Virus record (IMG/VR): IMGVR_UViG_3300033998_000198 | Location: 67,935-131,934 of that record | Origin: a virus | Strand: one strand, 5' to 3' | Length of the DNA: 64,000 nucleotides | Shown here: one piece after another, positions 12,001 through 18,612 of the stretch | Position numbering within the stretch: position 1 is the stretch's first letter | Layout: each line of letters opens with the position of its first letter | Translations under genes and position numbers: made by a program | Notes under the pieces: generated by a model | Told to the model about the DNA's origin: nothing | The model's database searches: none | Seen by the model: only the letters and a program-made list of their open reading frames with translations

Positions 12001-12417
12001 AAGAAGATCAAGATATACTACGAAACGAACAAATCTTCCGCAAACCTGATTGCTGATGTAATCAACCTCAATACATTATACTGCCCTGAGAACCACGGTT
12101 TCATCTATATCACAGACGACATCAATGAGTGTGAATCTGTAGAGATAATGATGAATCCGACAACACTCTGGGGGAACGGATTGGACAGCACTACAGTGTA
12201 CGTCAGGGCTCTCGACAGTAATCTCAATCCAGTAGCTGGAGAAAAGATGATTATTGATGCGATTTATGGTAAGATAGTATTGACGGACAATGTATCGGAT
12301 CAGTTTGGCGTAGTCTCATTCAAATATATAGCACCTAACGCCAAAGGAACTGACACGATTACAGTAAACGTGTACGGAAAAGATATTACAAATACCGTAA
12401 ATGTTACTTTGAGATAG
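85..12417 (+). CDS. Giant (4110 aa) virion/tail-associated protein with PNPxY repeats, possible degenerate vWA-like domains, a Pro-rich linker and a C-terminal Ig-like (Big_1-type) domain
   Basis: Uninterrupted ORF with GGAGG RBS in a co-oriented structural operon. C-terminus NPTTLWGNGLDSTTVYVRALDSNLNPVAGE...GVVSFKYIAP...DTITV resembles invasin/intimin Ig repeats. Confidence 0.7.
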   Translation: MYFGENSRIVPERKLEIIQQLHNNLIDRSKAKYITVEAVEGTTQFYPEKISTVSSQIHRLYESEFYAGWKADPDTFIHKDLYKTYILGKKYATIPYLSDKDRGEDSGIVSCVLDCVWLWYDNDIYNSTSWADIQAFINRHKSDNPSLKVHVDNGPNGIYIAWDGYITYNRATGHTVVNPDILKTNKIIYKLGLRNDAESVVIDMNMHSTYYKIPDCIYFDRGNSVVKTLDPGLEYIGMTAGTQCCYEMSGNYYIDIYCGENVSTITLPHGGDFRLVLHNTGIVDVIYSDDEQYIGYTVVTLPSAKDDAIDIVFSVYSDAIKTDIYSITPTLVEEGVIKEYIKKDHYATYYKTTTMIHYIKDIKAFDASGHEDTSLLIPHIAYRQKISPIWNKSLMYTNYSWRTGNDALAIASEPYVANNDLIICGNRIFTSGVSVHNILYDKLQVNFTALQNGTFNLYENAGFYFKGVPTCLIDNELFKKVELQFDASTKVDVVKSTDYRLCLINEFELSQNAAKVSYRFSVKGGMLAEDVTVPCTVTQHVNCINESQLLDWSGHPANSYYCIKIANAYLPVKTAYTKNGCGVFEIKWASKRYIVFGKITGCSNGILELEEEGYRICDISTHSLPITFQALTVDTDGNPHIIFGETDDVPVTYTDVSYIDANTNFYQNVRYRVGDGTGMPSGSMQTYDKLYYLGVNNENRFAPVALPDNKKTEDYTYCKLPRRKNPEYIPPYIPNPGYDPTASRFYYLPKPESYKFKWGTGDGTSPYTGKDGGGEYLSFESSVNIEHYIIFKCTNPNAVLKVNSSCYSRNYLSGGSSYESVFLHSHSYTLNPDGYVEIDEHGYDVRISFSVEGLNAGDKFTVFHATYNKKTYTWSGSINPNDYVEDTENVPVHPNPAYPPSPIMPNPDYDPNAPAMIDDPNFVPTMEPITVYLEDIYYANSLHGDDGKPATYEYAIDPSYSKLYFDFKVYDNKITSAIRTKILITLKRDDGSGITVFNKEAFSIGDNNPYRVVINNDGTYTKVRVELTCLSSSFDGISVLNGSSTITGTIKQAPSQIPNPDPASQEYIPNPNYESQCTEWLEPVFETVKIPSINTQTLFVNGPLYKTIDKASVPVYMKGTYTFRNMDFDNCAVEFINGKVRVSGTGVWYYNSSTPGSVDTRSLVFAKAIIYYDPATGKWSWDSDSVNGTEKPYETTDTVYNLEAVTNFDSLVNPTNIVTRDVNAVFKASNGPAYLEVHAFGNLKIMDISTDITADTNIVIEATKSTININVNGTSYPFSLGENPESAINNSFKVIYWNRNIEFIAEPIEGAKVSFKGYTEETLTGFDLQVFDVSGNRINNPVVDIRPLKNYELEDFDSNFLDGCFDTDVSYALVPRMEKISPYGLSAQGAVEAIQNAPSIAAPIDCTPKSTIVVEFDIKAKANIAGNSLIFSTTPGVGSVPADINLHINGYNCPQLSMNVLMNDNYTHVVVKYDFDAMTGYIKAYGQASQYPLTKYTRISSGEDCFGSLVATFFAGTRFSGIPASHVFNSIHVKNIDIYEEVAGVRREIVVRKKPNDTGKCLINDFTTLLDGATTPYPAYGFYKGNDKLSNYKGNYHSTSRTMIDELRMFKDKYIINNDEFGYSNISSEFYPKIGRTSMVTNSPDVNAFAYIDARYKESEYRTPWCAMFFTEQKTSRSYGFKIADDHEVTLNYKLKNLFTDSSEYTKTYLYDGDKCYEITSDESDMCITVKTGSKRIEVSKDGIVSEIFLDTPVHVGREFTFVIEATSKNIERRVSMLYFYFTGTVKPADTVSDLMITPFIADERDIVPEVEVLPFRRVDCSIDDYNLTSTVSSFDGGYTRHIYNDGDMAIVAGSVSGEKNTLVLGNKKIFEDNGVFGGHIFNYEFIVDAKGPGATLKFAHITIPLQEGKHSYKLKFYNIPDKEMLMGRTKQYGELWYAVSVDGGDFVHNLFTDFTESTMLHDGIIMPGWNESGWNTAPMYTNFIFEVEDGNEIVLYKGRIIENEFNQSWRMRSQNPVLNAIVKDTRNLDLYLVIDNDKLLYGEIANTILKELPVLLENADRYDIDLRVCVYTYCDTLNSIDSSGVPKSSPQWYTGYEDIMNVLKKMPLRDGGVSPEANVFGVLQTMPDIINAESAGRNKVMFLYNSSRMVDYPLTAPEMNAAGDEIRKLDLDTIDAVTTKYIEYGIYLHMAYNQNYHPKDYMYGVFYRMVMKRDLVDDKLSTVYHYYNDKIVISGSEGNMDIDGPVNTDGYPVYIDYMKLTGRPNYNLISDFDDVDSFVTVNNSISAANIFRHFIKDSTILAMPVTYYEDKAYYIASRGGMYKISEHTPVLESVRFTTQTQVINPTPGFYQQRYDEIIYRAFGTDVPYAPFDTIGRWNADNLVRKGENFKAFYRTTRRVDKNIKNYYHVLLAVAPSDIMLFGKSEKQILKDIINKAQYGDIISVSCITRQNNAYDTWFSIRPTLIYNQTKKERLLKDIDDMQIYPDYQEKTNALMSMYFNKLKNYYAANKGIFSVEDISYSSEDYNVNVLNLVMGRFDNETTHFDIKTIPSYFPINTRVQTVVLEISDNDSKAYKDMKGYFPYGVAKTKHPEEARAVIERELEVFNRKRCSFGHIAMELIGTSDKMSEVNIIRDVKNASNVQGAVYTFVGYTKINNPDQLYDVGFIIFGRLYGLKLTTEPMQYTLYFRNDKTSRTFSDSQCYGRQDVVFEAFYEPEDNYDPTKIQPCEMLIVDKFVYCEEKYSPHMIYFYADGENYVIDRLNISAMNATPNMRYVRPPINMIIDIDKGYEKDAEGKYTDYIGSTGMFIGVPSSGGNTSHWWDRPSDDKEPVTGIGTSSPFDGTPGGSNTTGDHEYNPPDRFYTDSIPEWPTPTPNWPSTPDLPQLPPKTHPPVSPQVCVRDWIKNLVLASAMKQFTQEKWDEIIANYGSIQSWLSFYCNDITKWTVVDENGTVVNYVIDETLGCPTLGITYSSIKEVRHKTLYSDVYEYTLKKPTTREFIQPENAQMMLKDQIDSDADLINCKLNGLHYSFDRYFIEDDYAFVDSTSDPDYNPYDRNAARTLDAAEKGDIEVYNAADGIWIRGGWVGQEYSGTVSKSVRISHKTSWTPVLFRDDLAYVLKNCYDELYTGLMDTLTNYITVDNMDSGVLLDWTVRDNVLLTAKATDISDSIVVHQTFNDAEPSKTFAIADLVTLLPDESYDFRLFIVDFTGNISINGTEYHDGDSIYFNSDSDTEFTIEANDIVIYKPWEETKTGFSGIVNGKEPYRKAYDGKQDYIVNLEPFDLPDGLINLRQTVEIENTPEIIIVRFEHEVEPGVSNVNGDLAYFTCGSLMPWTFVTDWVSTSVESDLFTLDSVLPSVVNIKVYNPKYEDYKDSVISNIHAVITSNDPNVKVISYDKSELTFEPEEDYREIPVTVKALPSAMSQWYPVIHNGYYYINNHEYFLYSKNTPDGEYSEEDQIVTKDLVYAIDIIMKSSSPEGVMAFNDSTAPDFTKGTKDGVVFRNAGLECAYISDTQYYKEFANGTYTSEEILLDKETPVEYLNTTYRSNTPDGTEIRLYMSAYDYTAKTWTDWVYVQNNTVPQMLVSKRIKYKVTLKPLNEIAEMQVTEVDDDLYDFFGIDGTLARNVTATSGCLENLDKSTTGEYYSVIKDYNTAVLRYTLEVEGTGNYTVEFATSDNKTDLTETATWIPAADAATTEMKQFVRYKVTLNGDATVTKITRTASIRSTHNVTPNFGELTIRYVIGGDRGVGETITQTVIGKLPRDGEWHDLIDTTLQAKLYPSIVSNGFKITDLLRLSVKTNDSTVEFDYQPDGKSGLKARSSKIETAVGPTPYIKFTDNTCVVTPIPQQFDPVIVFDEANGKYFTRVNFTDSEGRLTLTNVETFTGEGRSGIALSYTDIDPASLKITIDETEVDAEDYDILNNIIRFKYAIPEGAKITAEYSIKDSFIVDYNYKPEEDKAQITVHSDSDLKKIKIYYETNKSSANLIADVINLNTLYCPENHGFIYITDDINECESVEIMMNPTTLWGNGLDSTTVYVRALDSNLNPVAGEKMIIDAIYGKIVLTDNVSDQFGVVSFKYIAPNAKGTDTITVNVYGKDITNTVNVTLR

Positions 12418-12429
12418 TGGGGTGCCAAA

Positions 12430-14955
12430 ATGTTCTTAAATACCAGACCGCACAGCAATATACTCAATGGATACCAGTACAGCATACGTACTGGTATCCG
12501 TTTACCTTCAAACGCCGTCAATTTGGCGTATTATTATAACAAGCCACTGTCACCTGCGGACAACGTGGTTATTTCAGACACCTCTAAATTTGTTCTGGAG
12601 AACGTAAACCAGGAATACGACAATGAACTTATCATGTATCCTGACACAAACGGGATTCTTTCTGTTGACGGGATTTCTGATCTCGATAGTGAACTGTTTG
12701 AAGTAACAGATAAGTTTTGCGACGGAGTTCCGTTATATTATGGGTACAGACTGTACTACAGGCATTATGATAAGGTTGGCCCAAACAGCCTTGGTGAATA
12801 CACAGGCGACAGTATATATTTGATAGGTCTTAACAATAAGCCTATCAGCAAGAACCGGTATAAATATTCTATATACCTAAAACCGGACCCTGCAAATCCA
12901 GGAATGTATTATGTCTACATATACACCGCATTCCTTCTGAAGAATGAGAATATTATGCGGTGCGTTTACAATGCAATTGTCGAGAAGACAGTCGGAGGGG
13001 TGACAGAGTATGACGTTATACCGGCATACGAGGAACGTATAAATCCGCAGCCGTTTTTTAATTCTTACCAGGTGCTTCCCGGAAGTGTCACAGGAAACAT
13101 ACAGACCAACGTAATTAAGATAGACAGCCCTTTAAGGATTCAAGATACAAGGCAGAAGATTAACTTTAGCTATATTGTCAGAACAAGCGACGGTTCATTC
13201 TCATCCAGTCCTGTAACTGCATCTGTCGTTAAAGTAAACTACGCACTTCCGCACGAAAAGGAATTATTTATTGGCAAGAGCATGATTGTCTCACCAAGAA
13301 ACAGCGAAGGGAAACTCATGACTGCAAAGGAAATCATATTACGTGACAATCCAGGAGCGGACCTGAGCGATAAACTGTTCGTTGTATCATTTGATACTGA
13401 TATAGATACGGCTGCAAATAAGAACTATATAAACCTGTCAACCGACCCTGATGGAAATTCCGGAATCATTGCTGAAACAACAAAAGATACCGGTATAGGA
13501 TCTGATGGCACAGGAAAGATCGATGTCCCAAATATGTACAAGATAGAAGGTTCTGATATTGTTGCAGCTTACGGGGTAAAGAAAAAAGACCATAGACAGA
13601 TCTTGGTTAAACTCCCAACCCAGGAAGGAGTGTTCGAGAACTGGTATCCGAGAATCCAGTATGGTAGGTTCAGCGTAATTACCACTGAAAATGGAAACCG
13701 TGTAAAATACTATTACACACTCCCTGAATACAACCGTGAACTGTATAGTGCAAAATACGGGAAGCCTTACGTTGATATAGTCGACGAGAAACCTAAAGTT
13801 CTTAATTCAAGGGTAATCAAGACGAAATTCTATCCGCTATATGTTGAACTCGAAGATATGAAGTTCCCAAAGAACCTTACAGTAAACAAGAAGGATGCTT
13901 ATGGCAACGTTATATCTCTGTCTATTGCTTCATGGAACTGTACAGATGGCATCATCGAACTTGACAGTATAATCAAGGAGAACGACGAACTTACTGTTTC
14001 CTATACCTACGAGGAACAAACATTTACATATCGTGGGTTCATAGACGAAACAATCAACGACTTTGTAAACCTTGATTTAAACCCTATGCAATATCACATG
14101 GTAAAAGTAAAGACCGCAGGTATCTATAAAGACATCCCTGCATACTACCTATTTAATTTTGTCATCAATATCTGGATGAGACCTGTTGCAATGGCCTATC
14201 TTGACAATGATGACAATGAAACTCTGAATACATCTTTCCCGAATGTTACTAACGCCATCTATCATCGGTTTGATAACGACGATCCGATAGGACCAAATGA
14301 CATTCTACTTGGGAAGATATATGTAAGGCATAACACAACAGTAAACAGTATTCAGCTTACAGATACACGGGTGCGTGGCGGTGGCGTTATCGAAAGCATG
14401 TATGAACCTTTAAGAAAACAGCTTGAACCGGAATCTGACTACTACTGGGACATTGGATACTGGGATGGCGAGCCTTACTCAGAGAATGCGGTTGTAATTA
14501 TTCGCCTTGACAGAAGAATTCTGAAGGATTACGGAGGAAGGTTTACTCCGCAGGAAGTCGAGAAGGCTGTTAACAAGTTCATAGCATATGGGGTACTGCC
14601 GATTATAGAATACGTTGCAACATATAGTTCAGACAATGCTGTCAACAGAGACATCAAGGTTGAAAGCACTTATAAAAACAAGCTCAACTTCAGACCTATA
14701 TTCTCAGTTGACTTGTTTAACCAGGTTGTTGTTCCAGATATATCGATAGATTCTGTATATAAATCCGCACCAGCATGTGGTATAATTAAACTGATTGAAG
14801 AAGACATGAGGGAAAACATTATCTGCGGAGAACAATACGAGACAAGCCACAGGCTTGATACTGCCGACATTATCGGCATTCACGTTGAGAGAAAATTAAT
14901 GAAACAGCCAGTGGGAATTCTCAAGATTGTTGACACATCAGAATATATGTATTAG
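12430..14955 (+). CDS. Putative phage structural (tail/baseplate) protein, 841 aa
   Basis: Long beta-rich ORF in the structural operon; no enzyme motifs recognised. Confidence 0.6.
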   Translation: MFLNTRPHSNILNGYQYSIRTGIRLPSNAVNLAYYYNKPLSPADNVVISDTSKFVLENVNQEYDNELIMYPDTNGILSVDGISDLDSELFEVTDKFCDGVPLYYGYRLYYRHYDKVGPNSLGEYTGDSIYLIGLNNKPISKNRYKYSIYLKPDPANPGMYYVYIYTAFLLKNENIMRCVYNAIVEKTVGGVTEYDVIPAYEERINPQPFFNSYQVLPGSVTGNIQTNVIKIDSPLRIQDTRQKINFSYIVRTSDGSFSSSPVTASVVKVNYALPHEKELFIGKSMIVSPRNSEGKLMTAKEIILRDNPGADLSDKLFVVSFDTDIDTAANKNYINLSTDPDGNSGIIAETTKDTGIGSDGTGKIDVPNMYKIEGSDIVAAYGVKKKDHRQILVKLPTQEGVFENWYPRIQYGRFSVITTENGNRVKYYYTLPEYNRELYSAKYGKPYVDIVDEKPKVLNSRVIKTKFYPLYVELEDMKFPKNLTVNKKDAYGNVISLSIASWNCTDGIIELDSIIKENDELTVSYTYEEQTFTYRGFIDETINDFVNLDLNPMQYHMVKVKTAGIYKDIPAYYLFNFVINIWMRPVAMAYLDNDDNETLNTSFPNVTNAIYHRFDNDDPIGPNDILLGKIYVRHNTTVNSIQLTDTRVRGGGVIESMYEPLRKQLEPESDYYWDIGYWDGEPYSENAVVIIRLDRRILKDYGGRFTPQEVEKAVNKFIAYGVLPIIEYVATYSSDNAVNRDIKVESTYKNKLNFRPIFSVDLFNQVVVPDISIDSVYKSAPACGIIKLIEEDMRENIICGEQYETSHRLDTADIIGIHVERKLMKQPVGILKIVDTSEYMY

Positions 14956-15101
14956 ACAACTCCAAAAGCTATTGGCGAAGTCAGTACCGGTACGTCAACG
15001 GAAGTGCATGCAAGTATTGGTGTGGAAGAAAATGATGCATGAACAGCTCCTACTGTATTTATATCTGTCGATGATAATTAAGACGTAAAGGAGATGGCGA
15101 A

Positions 15102-16586
15102 ATGAAACGAATCAAGTTGGGGATTAAAACAAGTGAGAATATGAATTACACCTACAATGTCTACAGGTCAACATCTCAGCAGGACCTGCCTGACAGTCTT
15201 GAGGTTCTTTCTCAGTTAAATCCTTTAATGGTAGTGCAAGAGTCACTACTTCAGAAGGAAGCTACAAACGTACAGGAGGATATAACCCCTGATAAGTCAA
15301 AAGCACCAAGGGCTTTGAAGACTCCATACAAACTAAGTTACGACCCTTTGTGCAGTTCTATACATAACTTTGTGCTTAGCATAAAGGACATTGACACACA
15401 GGTCCTTGCTCAGTACAATATTAAGTTTAACAACTCAGGAGTAATCCAGAGTGTTACCGAAACCATTACAGATGGGTCAACTGTAACAACAAATCTGCAT
15501 ATAAACGGAGACTTTGAGATACTCGGGTCTAACATATTTATTGCAGAAACACTGTTGAACGGTCATAAAGCTGTATCTGCAAGCTATTACATCAAGGTCA
15601 TAAATGTATATGACGACAATGAAAAGCTCTATGACGGAATTGACTACAATGGACCGGTAGCCACCGGGCTCAGTAAACCTTCTGTGGTAAGAGATATACA
15701 AGAATACCAGGTCGCAATGAACACAAAACTGCCTACATTCAAGATTGTATGTAGTGGCAGCGATCAGGGAGTTGTTTATTACTATAGGATTGTAGCAGAA
15801 GATACAATAGGCAATGTATCAGAACCGTCACCGCTTTTCTCCATGCTGCTAAAACAGAACCCTGCCAATATTATATATAAGCTGGAAGGTTCGTTTGATG
15901 TAGGTGTAAAACCCGATGATGAAGTAGTATGGAAGACGCTGCTGCAAGACGCTCACCACAATATAGAGTACATATTCGGACAGCCTGGTACTGCTGAGTT
16001 CGATTCTGTTGGACCAATAGTTCCAGAAACCGTCCCTGCGTTTAATGCAGCACAGGTAAATCTTGATACATCCCATGTTGTGTCTGACAATACATTGCAG
16101 ATTACCATACCTAATGTATGGATGGAGAATACGCCGGTATACAATTCCAGGAAGACTCTTGCGTTAAGAGCTATTGCTACCGACATGTTTGGTAATATCT
16201 CTGATATCAGCGACATCGTTCCGTCCGTTGATGTTGATGTTCCTATTGAAAGAATGGTCATCGTCAAGAAGGATGTGTCCATGCTGGTAGAAAATCAGGC
16301 TGCTCCTGTTGCACTGGATGACGCAAACGCCACAATAATTAAGGATTGGGTAAAAGTTGACGGAAGATATTATGACGCTTCAGTTCATACCGGATTCCCC
16401 ACAAATTTGCAGCTTACAAACTCCCCAATATGTCTGATGACTACAGAATCAACATTTAATACGTTAATTACTGTTGATGATTCTGTTGCAGCCGGTCAGA
16501 TACTCAACTACACAATCCATATCTTCGATGCATATGGAAAAGTTGCTACGGTGTCAAAAGTTGTTGATACAACGGTGACTCCATAA
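15102..16586 (+). CDS. Putative structural protein with fibronectin type III-like motifs
   Basis: AAGGAG RBS; YNVYRS and YYYRIVAEDTIGNVSEPS are FN3-type strand motifs. Confidence 0.55.
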   Translation: MKRIKLGIKTSENMNYTYNVYRSTSQQDLPDSLEVLSQLNPLMVVQESLLQKEATNVQEDITPDKSKAPRALKTPYKLSYDPLCSSIHNFVLSIKDIDTQVLAQYNIKFNNSGVIQSVTETITDGSTVTTNLHINGDFEILGSNIFIAETLLNGHKAVSASYYIKVINVYDDNEKLYDGIDYNGPVATGLSKPSVVRDIQEYQVAMNTKLPTFKIVCSGSDQGVVYYYRIVAEDTIGNVSEPSPLFSMLLKQNPANIIYKLEGSFDVGVKPDDEVVWKTLLQDAHHNIEYIFGQPGTAEFDSVGPIVPETVPAFNAAQVNLDTSHVVSDNTLQITIPNVWMENTPVYNSRKTLALRAIATDMFGNISDISDIVPSVDVDVPIERMVIVKKDVSMLVENQAAPVALDDANATIIKDWVKVDGRYYDASVHTGFPTNLQLTNSPICLMTTESTFNTLITVDDSVAAGQILNYTIHIFDAYGKVATVSKVVDTTVTP

Positions 16587-16597
16587 AGGAGGTTGCC

Positions 16598-17068
16598 ATG
16601 AATATAGTCAAGGAGAACAGGATTGTATTCAAGCGGCTGGCTGACATTAACGTGACGGCATATAAGATATTAGGGAAACAGACTATAAATGGCGAGAGTG
16701 TTACAACCACTCTCGCAACCATCCCAAATCCTTCTTCGCCGACACCTGTTAAAATCAGAAAGAAATTTGATTACAACCCGAAACTGGAGTTTGAAATAAA
16801 AGATGAAGTGTTCTACAACGACGAACACGATGTCGCAGCATACATCAATGGACGCAAACTCATAGATGTAGTTACCTTGTACAACCCAAGCAAAAGAACT
16901 GTTACATTATTATACCAAGGAATTACAGAGTTTGATATAATAGAAATTGAGTATTACTACGACGGTATTGAGTTCATCCACGACACAGACAAGCCGACAG
17001 AGTATATCGTGGAATTGGTTGTAGACTATACCTCAAATAACGTGGGGGATCATAATATCTTAATTTAG
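16598..17068 (+). CDS. Hypothetical structural protein
   Basis: AAGGAGG RBS; operon context. Confidence 0.6.
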   Translation: MNIVKENRIVFKRLADINVTAYKILGKQTINGESVTTTLATIPNPSSPTPVKIRKKFDYNPKLEFEIKDEVFYNDEHDVAAYINGRKLIDVVTLYNPSKRTVTLLYQGITEFDIIEIEYYYDGIEFIHDTDKPTEYIVELVVDYTSNNVGDHNILI

Positions 17069-18025
17069 GTGGTGAGTGGGTTCATGGCCGATCAATTCAG
17101 GACATATACAAAGTTCACAAGACATGTCGACAACGCAAAAGAAGTTATAAGTGCCTCTGATATAAACAAGATTCAGAGTGCTGTAAATACAGGTGAAACG
17201 CACATTATAAAGCTAAACGCCAACGATTTTTTGCAAAGGGCGTTATTTGCGTTTGATAACAACTTTTACGTCAACAGCATGTTTGCCGATACGCTTGAGA
17301 ACTTACAGTATATTGACATGTCTCGTTCCACCAATATACTGTACAATGAAAAAGAGAAGTCACTTTATCTGGGAGACATGTCGGACAAGGGAAGCGTTAT
17401 TACAGTACCTATGAGCTCTACAAACGAAACCCCAATGAACGACTTTGTTCTTCTGGTTGATGAATATATACCTGTCGGGGCAAGTATTAAGTATTTCCTG
17501 TCTGTCAACAACATAGACTTCTATCCTATCAAGGCAAACGATGTCAATAACCCAAACCACTTTAATGTTGAATATGACCCTGGTTCAATTCTGAACCTCA
17601 TATTAAGGATAGAGCTTACCAAGAACTTTGCCGGCGAATCACCGAGAGTATCAGGATATGTTGTGATGTACAACGACCCTGTCGTTGAAAGATCTTATGG
17701 TCTCATAAATCCGGATCTTGAACGATTCCAACAGGAAAACCTTGGTGATATTATCTTGATCAGAGATAGAATGCAGGGTGACAAACTGGTCAAGGTTATT
17801 GAGCCAAACATGGTAACAACGCTTGAATACAATGAAGATGGTTCGTTAAAGAATGTTATCACAAACGACGGCTCTACAAAAGTTATTGAAACATTGATAT
17901 ACGGCAACTACATAAACAGCCAGGGACAGATTGAAACAGTGTTGTTACAGGTTAGTAGAAAGCAGGAAACACTTGCCTCCCAGTTGAGCGAAACCTCAGT
18001 TTTTGAAGGAGGTAGCAGCTCATGA
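17069..18025 (+). CDS. Putative structural protein (paralog family; probable ATG at 17084)
   Basis: Contains LRIELTK...ESPRVSGYVV motif shared with downstream paralogs; ATGA-coupled to the next gene. Confidence 0.6.
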   Translation: MVSGFMADQFRTYTKFTRHVDNAKEVISASDINKIQSAVNTGETHIIKLNANDFLQRALFAFDNNFYVNSMFADTLENLQYIDMSRSTNILYNEKEKSLYLGDMSDKGSVITVPMSSTNETPMNDFVLLVDEYIPVGASIKYFLSVNNIDFYPIKANDVNNPNHFNVEYDPGSILNLILRIELTKNFAGESPRVSGYVVMYNDPVVERSYGLINPDLERFQQENLGDIILIRDRMQGDKLVKVIEPNMVTTLEYNEDGSLKNVITNDGSTKVIETLIYGNYINSQGQIETVLLQVSRKQETLASQLSETSVFEGGSSS

Positions 18026-18612
18026 GAATAGAACAACAGTCAAAGAACGTTTACACCAAGAAGCCCGATAAAATTGAGGCTCACATACTCAGGATTATCG
18101 AGCGTTTCTTTGAAACCAATAAAGAAGCGATAGAAGGCACGAGAGAGGAGATTATACAGGAGACTATAAGAAGAATCCGCCAAGATACAATCAACTCTTT
18201 ACGTCAGATTATCATTGAAGAAATCCGGTCTTCAGTAAACGATGAGTTTGGTGTGCTGATTGACAAACGTATCAACGACATCATCCTTTCAATATATCAG
18301 GGTGTATATACCGTTCCTGTAATTAAGACTCACGAGTACATGGTTACCGTGGACGAATACACTCATGAAATACCGATTGAAGGTCAGGAAATAGCCGCTC
18401 TTAAAGACAATGACGTATGTGATGTATTTATCAATGGCCTTCTTCATAAAGATTTTACAATAGAGCAGGATGATCTTGGGTTTGTCAATAAGATTGTCAT
18501 GGCTGATACCGACCAATTGGTTCCAGGAGATCAGGTATGGATTAGGTTTATGTCACTGTACAATCCTAAGAGCAATCAGACCAGCACAACGACCGAAGGA
18601 GGTACGCCATGA
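18022..18612 (+). CDS. Hypothetical structural protein
   Basis: ATGA-coupled on both sides with GGAGG RBS. Confidence 0.6.
   Translation: MRIEQQSKNVYTKKPDKIEAHILRIIERFFETNKEAIEGTREEIIQETIRRIRQDTINSLRQIIIEEIRSSVNDEFGVLIDKRINDIILSIYQGVYTVPVIKTHEYMVTVDEYTHEIPIEGQEIAALKDNDVCDVFINGLLHKDFTIEQDDLGFVNKIVMADTDQLVPGDQVWIRFMSLYNPKSNQTSTTTEGGTP

Noticed and set aside
85-12417. Diversity-generating retroelement target
   Set aside because: No reverse transcriptase or TR/VR pair; only a 17-nt repeat (TACAAGGTTACATTAAA at about 10861 and 11204) reflecting a repeated protein motif.
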